DNA from: a virus
Taxonomy: Duplodnaviria; Caudoviricetes
Virus record (IMG/VR): IMGVR_UViG_3300006127_001273
Location: 1-64,000 of that record
Length of the DNA stretch: 64,000 bases
Direction: 5' to 3' (one strand)
The notes under the pieces: generated by a model
The model's database searches: none
Told to the model about the DNA's origin: nothing
The model's input: only the letters and a program-made list of their open reading frames with translations
Shown: piece after piece, positions 31,702 to 40,837 of the stretch
How the letters are laid out: each line of letters begins with the position of its first letter
Position numbering within the stretch: position 1 is the stretch's first letter
Made by a program: the position numbers and the translations under genes

Positions 31702-34266
31702 ATGGCGCTAGACATATGGACTATAAAATCCGGATATTCATTCGGACAATTTGAAGAAAGAACGGTTATTAACATTCCTTTACCGGTATCAACATCGGCT
31801 GGTATTACATTTTCAGTGATATCAGGTCAACTACCGCCGGGATTACGAATCGAAAATGATCATATTATCGGCACACCATTTACTGTTCCAAGATTAACAA
31901 AATTTACATTCTGTATCCGCGCAGACAATAGCACAGATGTTTCCGATAGAACGTTTAGTATCTCTATCAACAATACTGAAATTCCAGTGTTTATTACTCC
32001 AGCGGGCGAATTACCGTTAGGACCTAGCCAACAATTATTTGCGTTAGCAGATACGTATATTGATTTTCAAATAGTTGTTAATGATTTATCGCTAGTTGCT
32101 GGAAAAAAGTTAACCTTTTTCATCGCCGATGAAGATGGCATCTTACCACCTGGTTTGATTTTAACTGATTCTGGACGTCTTGTGGGATTCATACAACCGG
32201 TATTGTCAATCAAACCAGAAGATGGTGACGGTAGTTACGATACTGGCCCGTACGATAATGTCGCATTTGATTTTGGATATCGTTCAACCAACGGATATGA
32301 TAGTTACATTTTTGATAGTGTGTTTTATGATTTTAATGCAGCTATTAACATTCCAAGACAACTTAATAGAAATTACGAATTTATTGTCTCAGTAACCGAT
32401 GGCGACAATGTTGTTTCAAGAAAATTTGATATTTTTGTAGTCGGCGACGATTATTTTAAAGCCGACAATAATACATTACTCGACGGTTCAGGATTATTTA
32501 CAGCTGACGCAACATATCTAACTGCACCAGTATGGAGTACACCAGGTAATTTAGGCACTATACGAGCAAATAATTACGTACTCATTCCAGTAACCTTATA
32601 TGATACACTTAATGTTATTTGTAGTAAAGAATTAGTAAATGCAGATATCATTGCAACTACCCTACAGTTGTTATCAACGGATAATGTTCTCGGAGGTACT
32701 CATCTTACACTTTACGAAGCATCATCCACTCCAATTGTCGGTCAATATCTCACCTTTGATGGGTTATTTTTCGGAGCAACATCTACGATTCATCAAATTA
32801 TTGCTGTTCAACCTATGCAAGATTCAAAATATCGGGTAACATTAGATAGTATATTAGAGGCAACTGTTCCGTCCGGAGTTAGATTTACTATAGGGTCGTT
32901 AAGCCAATTACCTCCGGGAATGGAATTTGACGAAAATGATAACGTATTATATGGATATGTTCCTTATCAACCAGCTATTACTGCATCATATAAATTTACT
33001 ATTGTAGCTATACGAAGAAGCGGAACCACATCGGAACTTGCAAAATCGTGGAGAGTATTTACTATTAATGTAATCGGTGAGATCGAAAGTGCAATTACGT
33101 GGAACACCGATCCGTACCTAGGAGATATTGCTGCTAATTATATTTCTACATTAAAAGTGCAAGCGTCATCAGTTATTTCAAACGGTGTTGTGGTTTATTC
33201 GCTAACATCAGGTCAATTACCACCAGGTCTAAGTTTAAATGTTGACGGTGAAATTATAGGGAAAGTAAATCAATTTGGTACTCCGACAACAGCAGGTATA
33301 ACTAATTTTGATTTCTTTTTAGATAACAGTACTACTACAATCGATTGTGACTTTGTATTCACAGTCACGGCAACAATTTTATTTGGATACGGTGCTACTT
33401 CTAGAACATTTACTATTACTGTTACTACACCTAGTGACGTTTCATATAGCAATATAAAAGTCAAACCATATTTAAAATTAGATCAAAGATCAAAATGGAA
33501 CGACTTTATTAACAATCCGAACATTTTTTCTCCGTTGAGCATTTATCGATCTAATGATATAAACTTTGGAATTCAAAAAAGTTTATCTATGTTAATTTAC
33601 GCTGGAATCGAAACTGTAGAGGCTGCAAAATATATAAGCGCAATCGGTTTGAATCATAAGAAAAAGAGATTTAATTTTAACGGAATAAAGAAAGCTATTG
33701 CATATAATCCGGGAACAACCGATGCAGTATACGAAGTTGTTTATATGGAAATGATCGATCCATTAGAACCTAACGGACAGCATTTACCCAGCAAATTAAC
33801 ACAATTAGGAAAAGACCCATCTCCAATTACAGTAGACGAAGGGTTAACGATGTGGAATATCATACCATCTGATATTGCACTAAATTCTGTTCGACCAGAG
33901 TTAATGATCACTATCGATCGCACTGGTTATATAAGTTCAGATCCAAATATTAATACTTATTATCCGAGTAGTATTACAAATTGGAGACAGAAACTTAAAA
34001 GTGTTGGATTATCCGAAAGAAACTTTTTACCTCTATGGATGAGAAGTATTCAACTAGGATCAAAACAACAATTAGATTTTCAGCTAGCAGTTCCGATTTG
34101 TTATTGTAAACCAGGAACCGCAGATAAAATTATTTTAAACATTAAGTATAGTGGATTTGATTTCACATTATTAGATTACACCATAGACAGATATACAATC
34201 GATGCTGTAGAAGGATCTATAGCAGATAAATATCTTGTATTTAGAAACGACAGGATTACCCTATGA
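31702..34266 (+). CDS. Structural protein with putative Ig (He_PIG-like) domains, probably baseplate
   Basis: Four (S/G)xLPPG(L/M) Ig-like repeats; GATAAATA at 31673-31680. Confidence 0.65.
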   Translation: MALDIWTIKSGYSFGQFEERTVINIPLPVSTSAGITFSVISGQLPPGLRIENDHIIGTPFTVPRLTKFTFCIRADNSTDVSDRTFSISINNTEIPVFITPAGELPLGPSQQLFALADTYIDFQIVVNDLSLVAGKKLTFFIADEDGILPPGLILTDSGRLVGFIQPVLSIKPEDGDGSYDTGPYDNVAFDFGYRSTNGYDSYIFDSVFYDFNAAINIPRQLNRNYEFIVSVTDGDNVVSRKFDIFVVGDDYFKADNNTLLDGSGLFTADATYLTAPVWSTPGNLGTIRANNYVLIPVTLYDTLNVICSKELVNADIIATTLQLLSTDNVLGGTHLTLYEASSTPIVGQYLTFDGLFFGATSTIHQIIAVQPMQDSKYRVTLDSILEATVPSGVRFTIGSLSQLPPGMEFDENDNVLYGYVPYQPAITASYKFTIVAIRRSGTTSELAKSWRVFTINVIGEIESAITWNTDPYLGDIAANYISTLKVQASSVISNGVVVYSLTSGQLPPGLSLNVDGEIIGKVNQFGTPTTAGITNFDFFLDNSTTTIDCDFVFTVTATILFGYGATSRTFTITVTTPSDVSYSNIKVKPYLKLDQRSKWNDFINNPNIFSPLSIYRSNDINFGIQKSLSMLIYAGIETVEAAKYISAIGLNHKKKRFNFNGIKKAIAYNPGTTDAVYEVVYMEMIDPLEPNGQHLPSKLTQLGKDPSPITVDEGLTMWNIIPSDIALNSVRPELMITIDRTGYISSDPNINTYYPSSITNWRQKLKSVGLSERNFLPLWMRSIQLGSKQQLDFQLAVPICYCKPGTADKIILNIKYSGFDFTLLDYTIDRYTIDAVEGSIADKYLVFRNDRITL

Positions 34267-35615
34267 CAAGCCAAATTAATACTAGCAACATCGATATTTT
34301 ATATCCGATTGCCGGACAAGATAATAATAGCCAAGGATTTCGAGATAATTTTTCTGCTATTCAAGAAGGTTTGAATACCGCAGCATCAGAAATTACTGCA
34401 TTGCAATCACACGCAATTGTTAGTGCCGATGCAAATAATGTTGCAGTTAGCAATAATTTCAACGGTAGCACATTATCAAATGGATATTACAGCCAATTTA
34501 ACGGAGTGTTTTATTCATCTACTGTTACAACATCTGCTGCCGACATCGATTTAAACAACGGTCCTGTTCAACAATTTACATTAACCCAAAATACTGCATT
34601 TACATTTAAGCATTGGCCGGCTTCAGGGTGCGGTATAGTTCGTGCATTTTTTAAAAGCAATCTAGGCGGGGTATTTGTTCCTACATTTGCAACAGCAAAC
34701 TCTGGTGCTATCAAGTATGATATCAATTTTCCATCATCACCAGTCGGCAATATTTTAGTATCGCAAGCATCATCAGGAACAAATGTATTAACACTTTCAA
34801 GTGCAACTGGATTAACTGTTAACACCGCAGTTGTTTTAAATAAATCGATCGGCGGATTAGTTGGCGGTTCAGTTTATTATGTAAAGACCATCAATAATTT
34901 ACAGATTACAGTATCTGCATCTACAAATGCAGGTATTCCAGGAGATGCTGTGGTATTAACCGACGAAACATCTATTGGCGGTATTATTTTAAGTCTTGCA
35001 AATATTGCTAATCCGGGATTTACTGTCGGCGGAGAATCATTACTTAGTGCAACCGTAATTACGCCCGGAACTGATTATATCACTCCTGCAACTATTACTA
35101 TTACCGGCGGTGATCCCGTATTACAGTTTGTTGTACCTACTTTAGTTGCAACTTATAAAGTTATTAGTCCAACTCCTTCGGGCGGAAATGCCGGCAACGG
35201 ATATGCTGTCGGAGATATTTTAGTTTTAAATAGCAATTCTGCAATTACATTTACTGTTGCTTCTATCACCGGCGGTGGTTCTACAGGTCCGATTGGATCA
35301 GTTAATGTAAGAACTAATGGCGGACCGCTAGTATTACCGATTTCGGGTGTCAAAAATGTTACTGCTGTTACAGGATCAGGTACTGGCGCACAATTAACAG
35401 TAAAATCGGGCATCTTTGGCATAACTATTATAAATCCAGGCGACGGATATAATACCGTAATTCCAACAATTACTGTAACTGGAAGTACATCTTCTAGTGA
35501 CGCAACAGTTAAAGCAACCCTAACAGCTGGCACGGCTGATAACATTAAAGGTATCGAAGCATGGTCGTACGATGCCGGTGCAACTGTATATATTCGGTAT
35601 CTTGGAGAATTCTAA
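34263..35615 (+). CDS. Virion structural protein (tail/baseplate)
   Basis: YPIAGQDNNSQGFRDNF N-terminal anchor plus coiled coil; PGxGY repeats; Thr/Gly-rich. Confidence 0.6.
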   Translation: MTSQINTSNIDILYPIAGQDNNSQGFRDNFSAIQEGLNTAASEITALQSHAIVSADANNVAVSNNFNGSTLSNGYYSQFNGVFYSSTVTTSAADIDLNNGPVQQFTLTQNTAFTFKHWPASGCGIVRAFFKSNLGGVFVPTFATANSGAIKYDINFPSSPVGNILVSQASSGTNVLTLSSATGLTVNTAVVLNKSIGGLVGGSVYYVKTINNLQITVSASTNAGIPGDAVVLTDETSIGGIILSLANIANPGFTVGGESLLSATVITPGTDYITPATITITGGDPVLQFVVPTLVATYKVISPTPSGGNAGNGYAVGDILVLNSNSAITFTVASITGGGSTGPIGSVNVRTNGGPLVLPISGVKNVTAVTGSGTGAQLTVKSGIFGITIINPGDGYNTVIPTITVTGSTSSSDATVKATLTAGTADNIKGIEAWSYDAGATVYIRYLGEF

Positions 35616-35845
35616 TGCATCCATTAGTCGGAAATTTAGCCAATCTTAAAACTTCAGAGCTCGAAAATAAAATTAATGAGCTGTCGAAGAAGTACTTTAT
35701 GGCACCAGGATACGAACTTCAACATCAAATTTCTTTAGTATTAGAAACGTATAAAGCCGAATTAGCTATAAGACGACAACAAGAATGGGAAAAGATGATG
35801 GAAAGTCGTAATAAAGATCTTGACAAACTTATAAACGTCAATTAA
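35615..35845 (+). CDS. Hypothetical helical protein (76 aa)
   Basis: ATG overlapping upstream TAA (TAATG): MHPLVGNLANLKTSELENKINEL. Confidence 0.6.
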   Translation: MHPLVGNLANLKTSELENKINELSKKYFMAPGYELQHQISLVLETYKAELAIRRQQEWEKMMESRNKDLDKLINVN

Positions 35846-35848
35846 AAT
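35820..35848 (+). promoter_or_regulatory. sigma70 promoter, probably leaderless mRNA
   Basis: TTGACA (35820-35825), 17 nt spacer, TAAAAT (35843-35848); ATG 6 nt later. Confidence 0.6.
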
Positions 35849-35854
35849 ATAGGC

Positions 35855-36355
35855 ATGCGCCTAGACAAATACAACAATCCTATATACAACTCGCAAGATA
35901 TTTTCAATCTACTTTATCAAGGTAAGGTAGATTGTCTCACGGACATTACAGTTGACTCTGATAAAGAGATACGTCAACTAGAACACATCTCTAATTTTTT
36001 ACTCAATGATTTCTTATCAGAAAATATTTCTATCGAAGAATTCGATAGATTAAGTCAAACGAATTGGTTCATGCCTGAAGACTATTATCCAAACTTAATG
36101 GAAATGTTATACGGAATGTGCGAAACCGCAGAACAAACTACCCGTGTAAGTGAAGAGCTAGAAGCATTTATAGAACATGGTATGATGGACTTGTTATTTT
36201 ATCTAAAATATCTAGTTGACATATTACGTAAAAATAATATCGTGTACGGAGTAGGTAGGGGGTCTAGTGTTGCAAGTTATGTATTATATCTCATCGGAGT
36301 ACATCGCGTGGATAGTCTAAAATATAATTTAGACTGGCGAGAATTCTTGAGATAA
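35855..36355 (+). CDS. DNA polymerase III alpha (DnaE)-like fragment
   Basis: RVSEELE..., GVGRGSSVASYVLYLIGVHRVDSLKYNLDWREFL matches the DnaE GxGRGS...DP..xLxFERFL segment; only 166 aa. Confidence 0.8.
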   Translation: MRLDKYNNPIYNSQDIFNLLYQGKVDCLTDITVDSDKEIRQLEHISNFLLNDFLSENISIEEFDRLSQTNWFMPEDYYPNLMEMLYGMCETAEQTTRVSEELEAFIEHGMMDLLFYLKYLVDILRKNNIVYGVGRGSSVASYVLYLIGVHRVDSLKYNLDWREFLR

Positions 36356-36380
36356 GTATTCAATCAAAGGAGAACATTGT

Positions 36381-36695
36381 ATGCCATTAAAGGAACAATC
36401 AAGACAAGTATATAAAACAGCAATCAACGGTAAAGAAGTTGACATGCATAAACTTGTCATGCAAAATGAAATGACAGTTGCAGTAGGTAACGTGCGAGTA
36501 AACGCAAGGGGTGACGAACTTGGCCCAAATGGACAAGTTATTCGTAGAAGGGAAGAAGTATCAGTAACATCTAATGTCCCAGATCAACGAAGCACTAGAC
36601 CCGCACCTGTAGTGGAAGAAAAAGTAGAAGTAAAATCAACACCGGCTAAAACTCGTAAAAATGTTGAAGACATGGATCCAGAGGGAAATGAATGA
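36381..36695 (+). CDS. Hypothetical protein
   Basis: 104 aa, AVGNVRVNARGDELGPNG; AGGAG RBS; GATAAGTA late-promoter variant at 36351. Confidence 0.65.
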   Translation: MPLKEQSRQVYKTAINGKEVDMHKLVMQNEMTVAVGNVRVNARGDELGPNGQVIRRREEVSVTSNVPDQRSTRPAPVVEEKVEVKSTPAKTRKNVEDMDPEGNE

Positions 36696-37060
36696 AATTA
36701 ACAGCAATTCAAGATCACATTCTCGTAACTGAAATGAATTTTGGAGAACGAACTACGTCAAGTGGAATCGTATTAAGAAGTGATAATGGAACAAGTGAAG
36801 GAGTTCGGCCACGGTGGGCAAAGATTTATGCTGTGGGACCATTACAAACTCTTGTATCAGTCGGACAATGGATACTTGTAGAACATGGCAGATGGACTCG
36901 AGGTGTCGAAATTTCCGAAACCGATGACGAAAATAAAATTGAACTGTTTAGGATCGATCCAAATGGTATTTTAGTAGTGTCAGACGATGAGCCGGCTGAT
37001 GACATGTTTGGCGAATTTGCAACGCAGACCCGCCCCGGGTTGTCTGATTTTATTATCTAA
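36692..37060 (+). CDS. groES: Co-chaperonin GroES/Cpn10-like
   Basis: LTAIQDHILV, ERTTSSGIVL mobile loop, IYAVGP, VSVGQWILV. Confidence 0.75.
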   Translation: MKLTAIQDHILVTEMNFGERTTSSGIVLRSDNGTSEGVRPRWAKIYAVGPLQTLVSVGQWILVEHGRWTRGVEISETDDENKIELFRIDPNGILVVSDDEPADDMFGEFATQTRPGLSDFII

Positions 37061-37063
37061 TAT

Positions 37064-37094
37064 AAAAACAGGGATTGACATGCCCTGTTTTTTT
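37064..37094 (+). terminator. Intrinsic terminator overlapping a promoter
   Basis: AAAAACAGGG-ATTGACATG-CCCTGTTTTTTT. Confidence 0.75.
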
Positions 37095-37103
37095 CTCTAT
37101 AAT
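37075..37103 (+). promoter_or_regulatory. sigma70 promoter for clamp-loader operon
   Basis: TTGACA (37075-37080), 17 nt spacer, TATAAT (37098-37103). Confidence 0.75.
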
Positions 37104-37133
37104 TTACAATACTAACAGGCCAAAGGAGATTGT

Positions 37134-38054
37134 ATGAAAGATTTATGGGTTGACAAATATCGCCCTAAGACAATGGACGGATATGTTCTTAAAGATCCGC
37201 AATTAAAAGAAGATATTGACGAATGGATTGCACAAGGTACTATCCCGCATCTTTTACTCAGCGGAAAAGCGGGGGTTGGTAAAACTACATTAGCAAAAAT
37301 ATTGCTAGAAGAAATTGGTGTTCAAGAAGAAGACATCATGTATGCTAACGGTAGTAAAGAAGGTAGGAAAATCGAATGGCTCGATAAGGTCGAAATGTTT
37401 TGTTCAACTAGACCGTTCGGTCCATTTAAAGTTGTATTTGTTGACGAAGCAGATTACATGAATCAGCAGTCTGTACAACCTGCGTTACGATATCTAATGG
37501 AAGACTATTCTCATAGTGTTAGATTTGTAATGACGTGTAACTATCCGCATCGAATTTTGCCTCCATTGCACAGTCGATTTCAATCAGTGCATATAGACAG
37601 AACTGACGAAGTTGAATTCACAGCTCGGGTTGCAACGATTCTTGTTAACGAAAACGTTGAATTTGATTTAGATACGCTCGATGCTTATGTAAAAGCGGTA
37701 TACCCCGACTTAAGAAAGTGCATTAATAATTTGCAATTAAATAGTCAATCAGGGATATTGCGTAAGTTAGATGCAATCGATTCTAGTACTGACTATAGAA
37801 CCGAAATGGTCGAATTGTTTAAGGCTGGTAAAATTTCAGAAGCTCGTAAATTAATTTGTAGTCAAGCCGATCCCGAAGAAATGGGAGAAATCTTTCGTTG
37901 GCTGTATGACCATGTTGATATTTTTGGCGACGAGACTATTCAAGATAAAGCAATTCTTATTATTAAACAAGGACTTGTAGACCACGCATTGGTAATCGAT
38001 CCAGAAATTAACCTTGCAGCAACTTTAATTAGATTAGCACACTTGAATCCATGA
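37134..38054 (+). CDS. Clamp loader AAA+ subunit (RFC small subunit/T4 gp44-like)
   Basis: LWVDKYRPKT, PHLLLSGKAGVGKTT (Walker A), VFVDEAD (Walker B), TCNY, LHSRF, DLRKCINNLQ. Confidence 0.9.
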   Translation: MKDLWVDKYRPKTMDGYVLKDPQLKEDIDEWIAQGTIPHLLLSGKAGVGKTTLAKILLEEIGVQEEDIMYANGSKEGRKIEWLDKVEMFCSTRPFGPFKVVFVDEADYMNQQSVQPALRYLMEDYSHSVRFVMTCNYPHRILPPLHSRFQSVHIDRTDEVEFTARVATILVNENVEFDLDTLDAYVKAVYPDLRKCINNLQLNSQSGILRKLDAIDSSTDYRTEMVELFKAGKISEARKLICSQADPEEMGEIFRWLYDHVDIFGDETIQDKAILIIKQGLVDHALVIDPEINLAATLIRLAHLNP

Positions 38055-38467
38055 AAAAAATATTAATTATGGGATTGCCCGGTGCTGGTAAGACTACCTT
38101 AGCACAAGAATTAGTTAATATCTTAACCCGAGCAACCTATTCGGTACACTGGCTCAACGCCGATAACATTCGAAGAGAATACAATGATTGGGATTTTACT
38201 GAAGCCGGAAGAATTCGTCAAAGCGAACGTATGCGAGATTTAGCAAATGTTCGCACAGAAGACTTTGTCATTTGTGATTTTGTTGCACCATTGCCAGTAA
38301 TGCGTGATAATTTTGATCCTAGATATATAGTTTGGGTTGATACAATTACAGAAGGAAGATTTGAAGACACAAATAAGATGTTTGTTTTTCCGGATAAAGT
38401 TGACGTACATGTGAATTCAAAAAATGCAAAATACTGGGCAACTATTGTTTTTAATCACGTAGTATGA
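38051..38467 (+). CDS. Adenylylsulfate kinase (CysC)-like P-loop kinase, short
   Basis: IMGLPGAGKTT, LNADNIR, DFTEAGRIRQ, ICDFVAP. Confidence 0.7.
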   Translation: MKKILIMGLPGAGKTTLAQELVNILTRATYSVHWLNADNIRREYNDWDFTEAGRIRQSERMRDLANVRTEDFVICDFVAPLPVMRDNFDPRYIVWVDTITEGRFEDTNKMFVFPDKVDVHVNSKNAKYWATIVFNHVV

Positions 38468-38961
38468 AACAGAAATTTAAAGAAGCCTATATGAAAACCG
38501 CAGAAATATTTGCGGAACTGAGTTATGCCGAACGATTACATGTTGGTGCAATTATTGTAAAAGATGATCGTATTATTTCAATCGGATATAATGGAATGCC
38601 AGCCGGTTGGAATAATAATTGCGAACATAAAGTTTATATGAGCTGTGATGCAGGCGGATGGTTAGACGTAGAAGATATCGAACACCGATGGCCGTTTGAA
38701 GATACACGCGGTCGTTATAATTTAAAATCAAATCCAGAGGTCCTTCATGCGGAATCGAACGCGATTGCGAAATTGGCTAAGAGCACTGAATCAGGTTCTA
38801 ACGCTACTATGTTTATTACTCACAGCCCATGTCTTGATTGTGCCAAACTTATATACCAGTCTGGTATTACCGGTGTTATCTATCGTAACTCTTATCGGAG
38901 TGATGATGGAATTGTATTTCTCAACAACTCAGGTGTAAAGGTAGAACAACTCGAGAAATAA
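38464..38961 (+). CDS. dCMP deaminase
   Basis: VGAIIVKD.RIISIGYNG, LHAESNAI, THSPCLDC Zn motifs. Confidence 0.9.
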   Translation: MKQKFKEAYMKTAEIFAELSYAERLHVGAIIVKDDRIISIGYNGMPAGWNNNCEHKVYMSCDAGGWLDVEDIEHRWPFEDTRGRYNLKSNPEVLHAESNAIAKLAKSTESGSNATMFITHSPCLDCAKLIYQSGITGVIYRNSYRSDDGIVFLNNSGVKVEQLEK

Positions 38962-38964
38962 TAT

Positions 38965-39360
38965 ATGTCACAACCTAGAAAATTTAAAAAAGAAGTTGCA
39001 AAATGGGATGATCCGAAAAAACGATTCTTAAGTCATAATCTTAGACGTGCAAAGAATAGAAAAGATGGTAAAGTATTTGAAATCGACGTAGAATACCTAT
39101 TTCGTCTAGGTCAACAACAAGGTTGGAAATGTGTATTCACAGGAGAACCTCTTGAATTTGATCGTGGAGGATATCACAGCGGAAAACGATGGTGGAATCC
39201 ACGAAGTTGTTCAATCGATCGAATCGATAGTACTAAAGATTACATACCGGGAAATGTACAATTAGTATGGTGTGTTGTTAATCAGATGAAAGCCGACATG
39301 GACGAAGAATTATTCCATGAATTTATTCAAAAGATTTATAATCAAAAAAAGGGCCCTTAG
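38965..39360 (+). CDS. HNH/His-Me-type endonuclease, probably a free-standing homing endonuclease
   Basis: QQGWKCVFTG...SIDRIDSTKDYIPGNVQLV..VNQMK beta-beta-alpha-Me pattern. Confidence 0.7.
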   Translation: MSQPRKFKKEVAKWDDPKKRFLSHNLRRAKNRKDGKVFEIDVEYLFRLGQQQGWKCVFTGEPLEFDRGGYHSGKRWWNPRSCSIDRIDSTKDYIPGNVQLVWCVVNQMKADMDEELFHEFIQKIYNQKKGP

Positions 39361-39371
39361 GGCCCTTTCTT
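39344..39371. terminator. Bidirectional intrinsic terminator
   Basis: AAAAAAAGGGCCC-TTA-GGGCCCTTTCTT between convergent genes. Confidence 0.8.
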
Positions 39372-39373
39372 GT

Positions 39374-40093
39374 TTAGTCTCCGTAAATTGCGAGAACCTC
39401 CTTTACTGCATCATGTCTTTCAATATCTCGCGCGTCAAATTGGACTAAATCAATATGTCTTAATCCTGTATTCTCTGCGAGTAGGGTACAGAAGTTAATC
39501 AAACCGTTATCATTTAAACGGTCTGCTTGGGCCAAATCGCCGGTTACAACCATTTTGCTATTTTCACCTAACCGTGTTAATAACATTTTCATTTGGTTGA
39601 TAGTTGCATTTTGCATTTCGTCCGCAACAATATAAGAATTCTTAAATGTACGTCCGCGCATATATGCAAGTGGACTGATTTCAATAACCCCTTCTTCTAA
39701 CATCTTATCGATGTCTTTCTTTTGATAATATTCTGCAAATACATCAAATATAGGTCTTGTCCACGGCGCCATCTTTTCATTAAGGGTACCTGGTAAGAAT
39801 CCTAAATCTTCATCTACAGAAACGGCGGGTCGTGTAACTACAATTTTATCGATCTTGCCTTCCTGGAATAACTTAATTCCGTATAAAACTGCCAACATTG
39901 TTTTACCTGTTCCTGCTGGTCCGATTGCAAATAGAATACTTTTGTCATCATCTTTTAATTTATTGACATATTCTTTTTGATTATTTCCTCTCGGAACTAG
40001 GGAAACGCGAGACTTCTTTGGTGGAAGGTATGTTTGATGAAAATCGATTACTTGAACGTCTGATGTGAAACGCTTCTTCACTCTTTTACTCAT
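39374..40093 (-). CDS. phoH: PhoH-family ATPase
   Basis: GPAGTGKT, TRPAV, LGFLPG, PLAYMRGRTF, DEMQN, LTRLGENSKMVVTGDLAQAD, RHDAV. Confidence 0.93.
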   Translation of the reverse strand: MSKRVKKRFTSDVQVIDFHQTYLPPKKSRVSLVPRGNNQKEYVNKLKDDDKSILFAIGPAGTGKTMLAVLYGIKLFQEGKIDKIVVTRPAVSVDEDLGFLPGTLNEKMAPWTRPIFDVFAEYYQKKDIDKMLEEGVIEISPLAYMRGRTFKNSYIVADEMQNATINQMKMLLTRLGENSKMVVTGDLAQADRLNDNGLINFCTLLAENTGLRHIDLVQFDARDIERHDAVKEVLAIYGD

Positions 40094-40174
40094 GTAGTTA
40101 AATCTCCTACTCTAATAGTAAAGTAGGACATGTAGTGACCGCCCGATAACTACAGAGGTCCTACAATTTATTTA
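40091..40174 (-). promoter_or_regulatory. Late promoter plus structured, apparently bistable 5' leader of phoH
   Basis: TAAATA (40169-40174, minus) followed by GUAGGAC/GUCCUAC and UGUAGU/ACUACA stems that are mutually exclusive with SD- and AUG-sequestering stems. Confidence 0.6.
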
Positions 40175-40251
40175 ATCGTTTAAAATAAAAGAAAACTGCT
40201 ACGTTATCATTTTAACCCAGCTAAATAAGTATAGTTAAACTGGAAGTTACT

Positions 40252-40836
40252 ATGTACGATGTATTAGATCTTATTAAAAATATTGACGATATCTACGAAA
40301 ATAATACAAGTCTTGCAATCCTAAAAGATTTTGAACGAGTATTAGACGAAATGGATATGTATGCTTACGAACACTGGATCGATGGAGAATTGGCATACGG
40401 GCCGCAAGTTGATCGACACTGGATCACAGCAGGATTTATGTGGCCAAAAACTAAGATGCCAAACCCGGAAGCAGCACGAAGACTGATGGAATTGGGATGT
40501 AAAGTAAAATATCAAAAGAGCCATCTTATCGAACCAAGAAGAATTCGTACACCTGAAGATTTTCGTCCAGGGACAAAAAAAGGTAAGTTAGACCATAAAC
40601 CAATTTGGATTGTCGAAATTCAAATGCCTAAGAAGATCGCGTTTGACATATATCGTGGGTACATGGACAAGTTAAAGGGTGAAAAACTAGAAGGAGTTGC
40701 ACCGAAGGAAGCGGCGCCGCCTGTAATGCCAGCTCAAATGGCTCCGGGCGGGGCTCCGGGCGGAGCTCCGGGAATGGCTCCGGGCGGAGCCCCTCAACCA
40801 ATGGCAGCAGGTGCTGCATCAACACCGGCAATTTAA
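40252..40836 (+). CDS. Hypothetical phage protein with APGG low-complexity tail
   Basis: 194 aa; TAAATA at 40222-40227. Confidence 0.7.
   Translation: MYDVLDLIKNIDDIYENNTSLAILKDFERVLDEMDMYAYEHWIDGELAYGPQVDRHWITAGFMWPKTKMPNPEAARRLMELGCKVKYQKSHLIEPRRIRTPEDFRPGTKKGKLDHKPIWIVEIQMPKKIAFDIYRGYMDKLKGEKLEGVAPKEAAPPVMPAQMAPGGAPGGAPGMAPGGAPQPMAAGAASTPAI
40741..40788 (+). repeat. 12-bp tandem repeat x4 (GCTCCGGGNNNN, encoding APGG/APGM)
   Basis: gctccgggcggg gctccgggcgga gctccgggaatg gctccgggcgga. Confidence 0.85.
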
Positions 40837-40837
40837 A

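Noticed and set aside
36355-36400. Frameshift or readthrough continuing the DnaE fragment
   Set aside because: No PDxDxD continuation seen in the following DNA; the next ORF has its own SD and unrelated sequence
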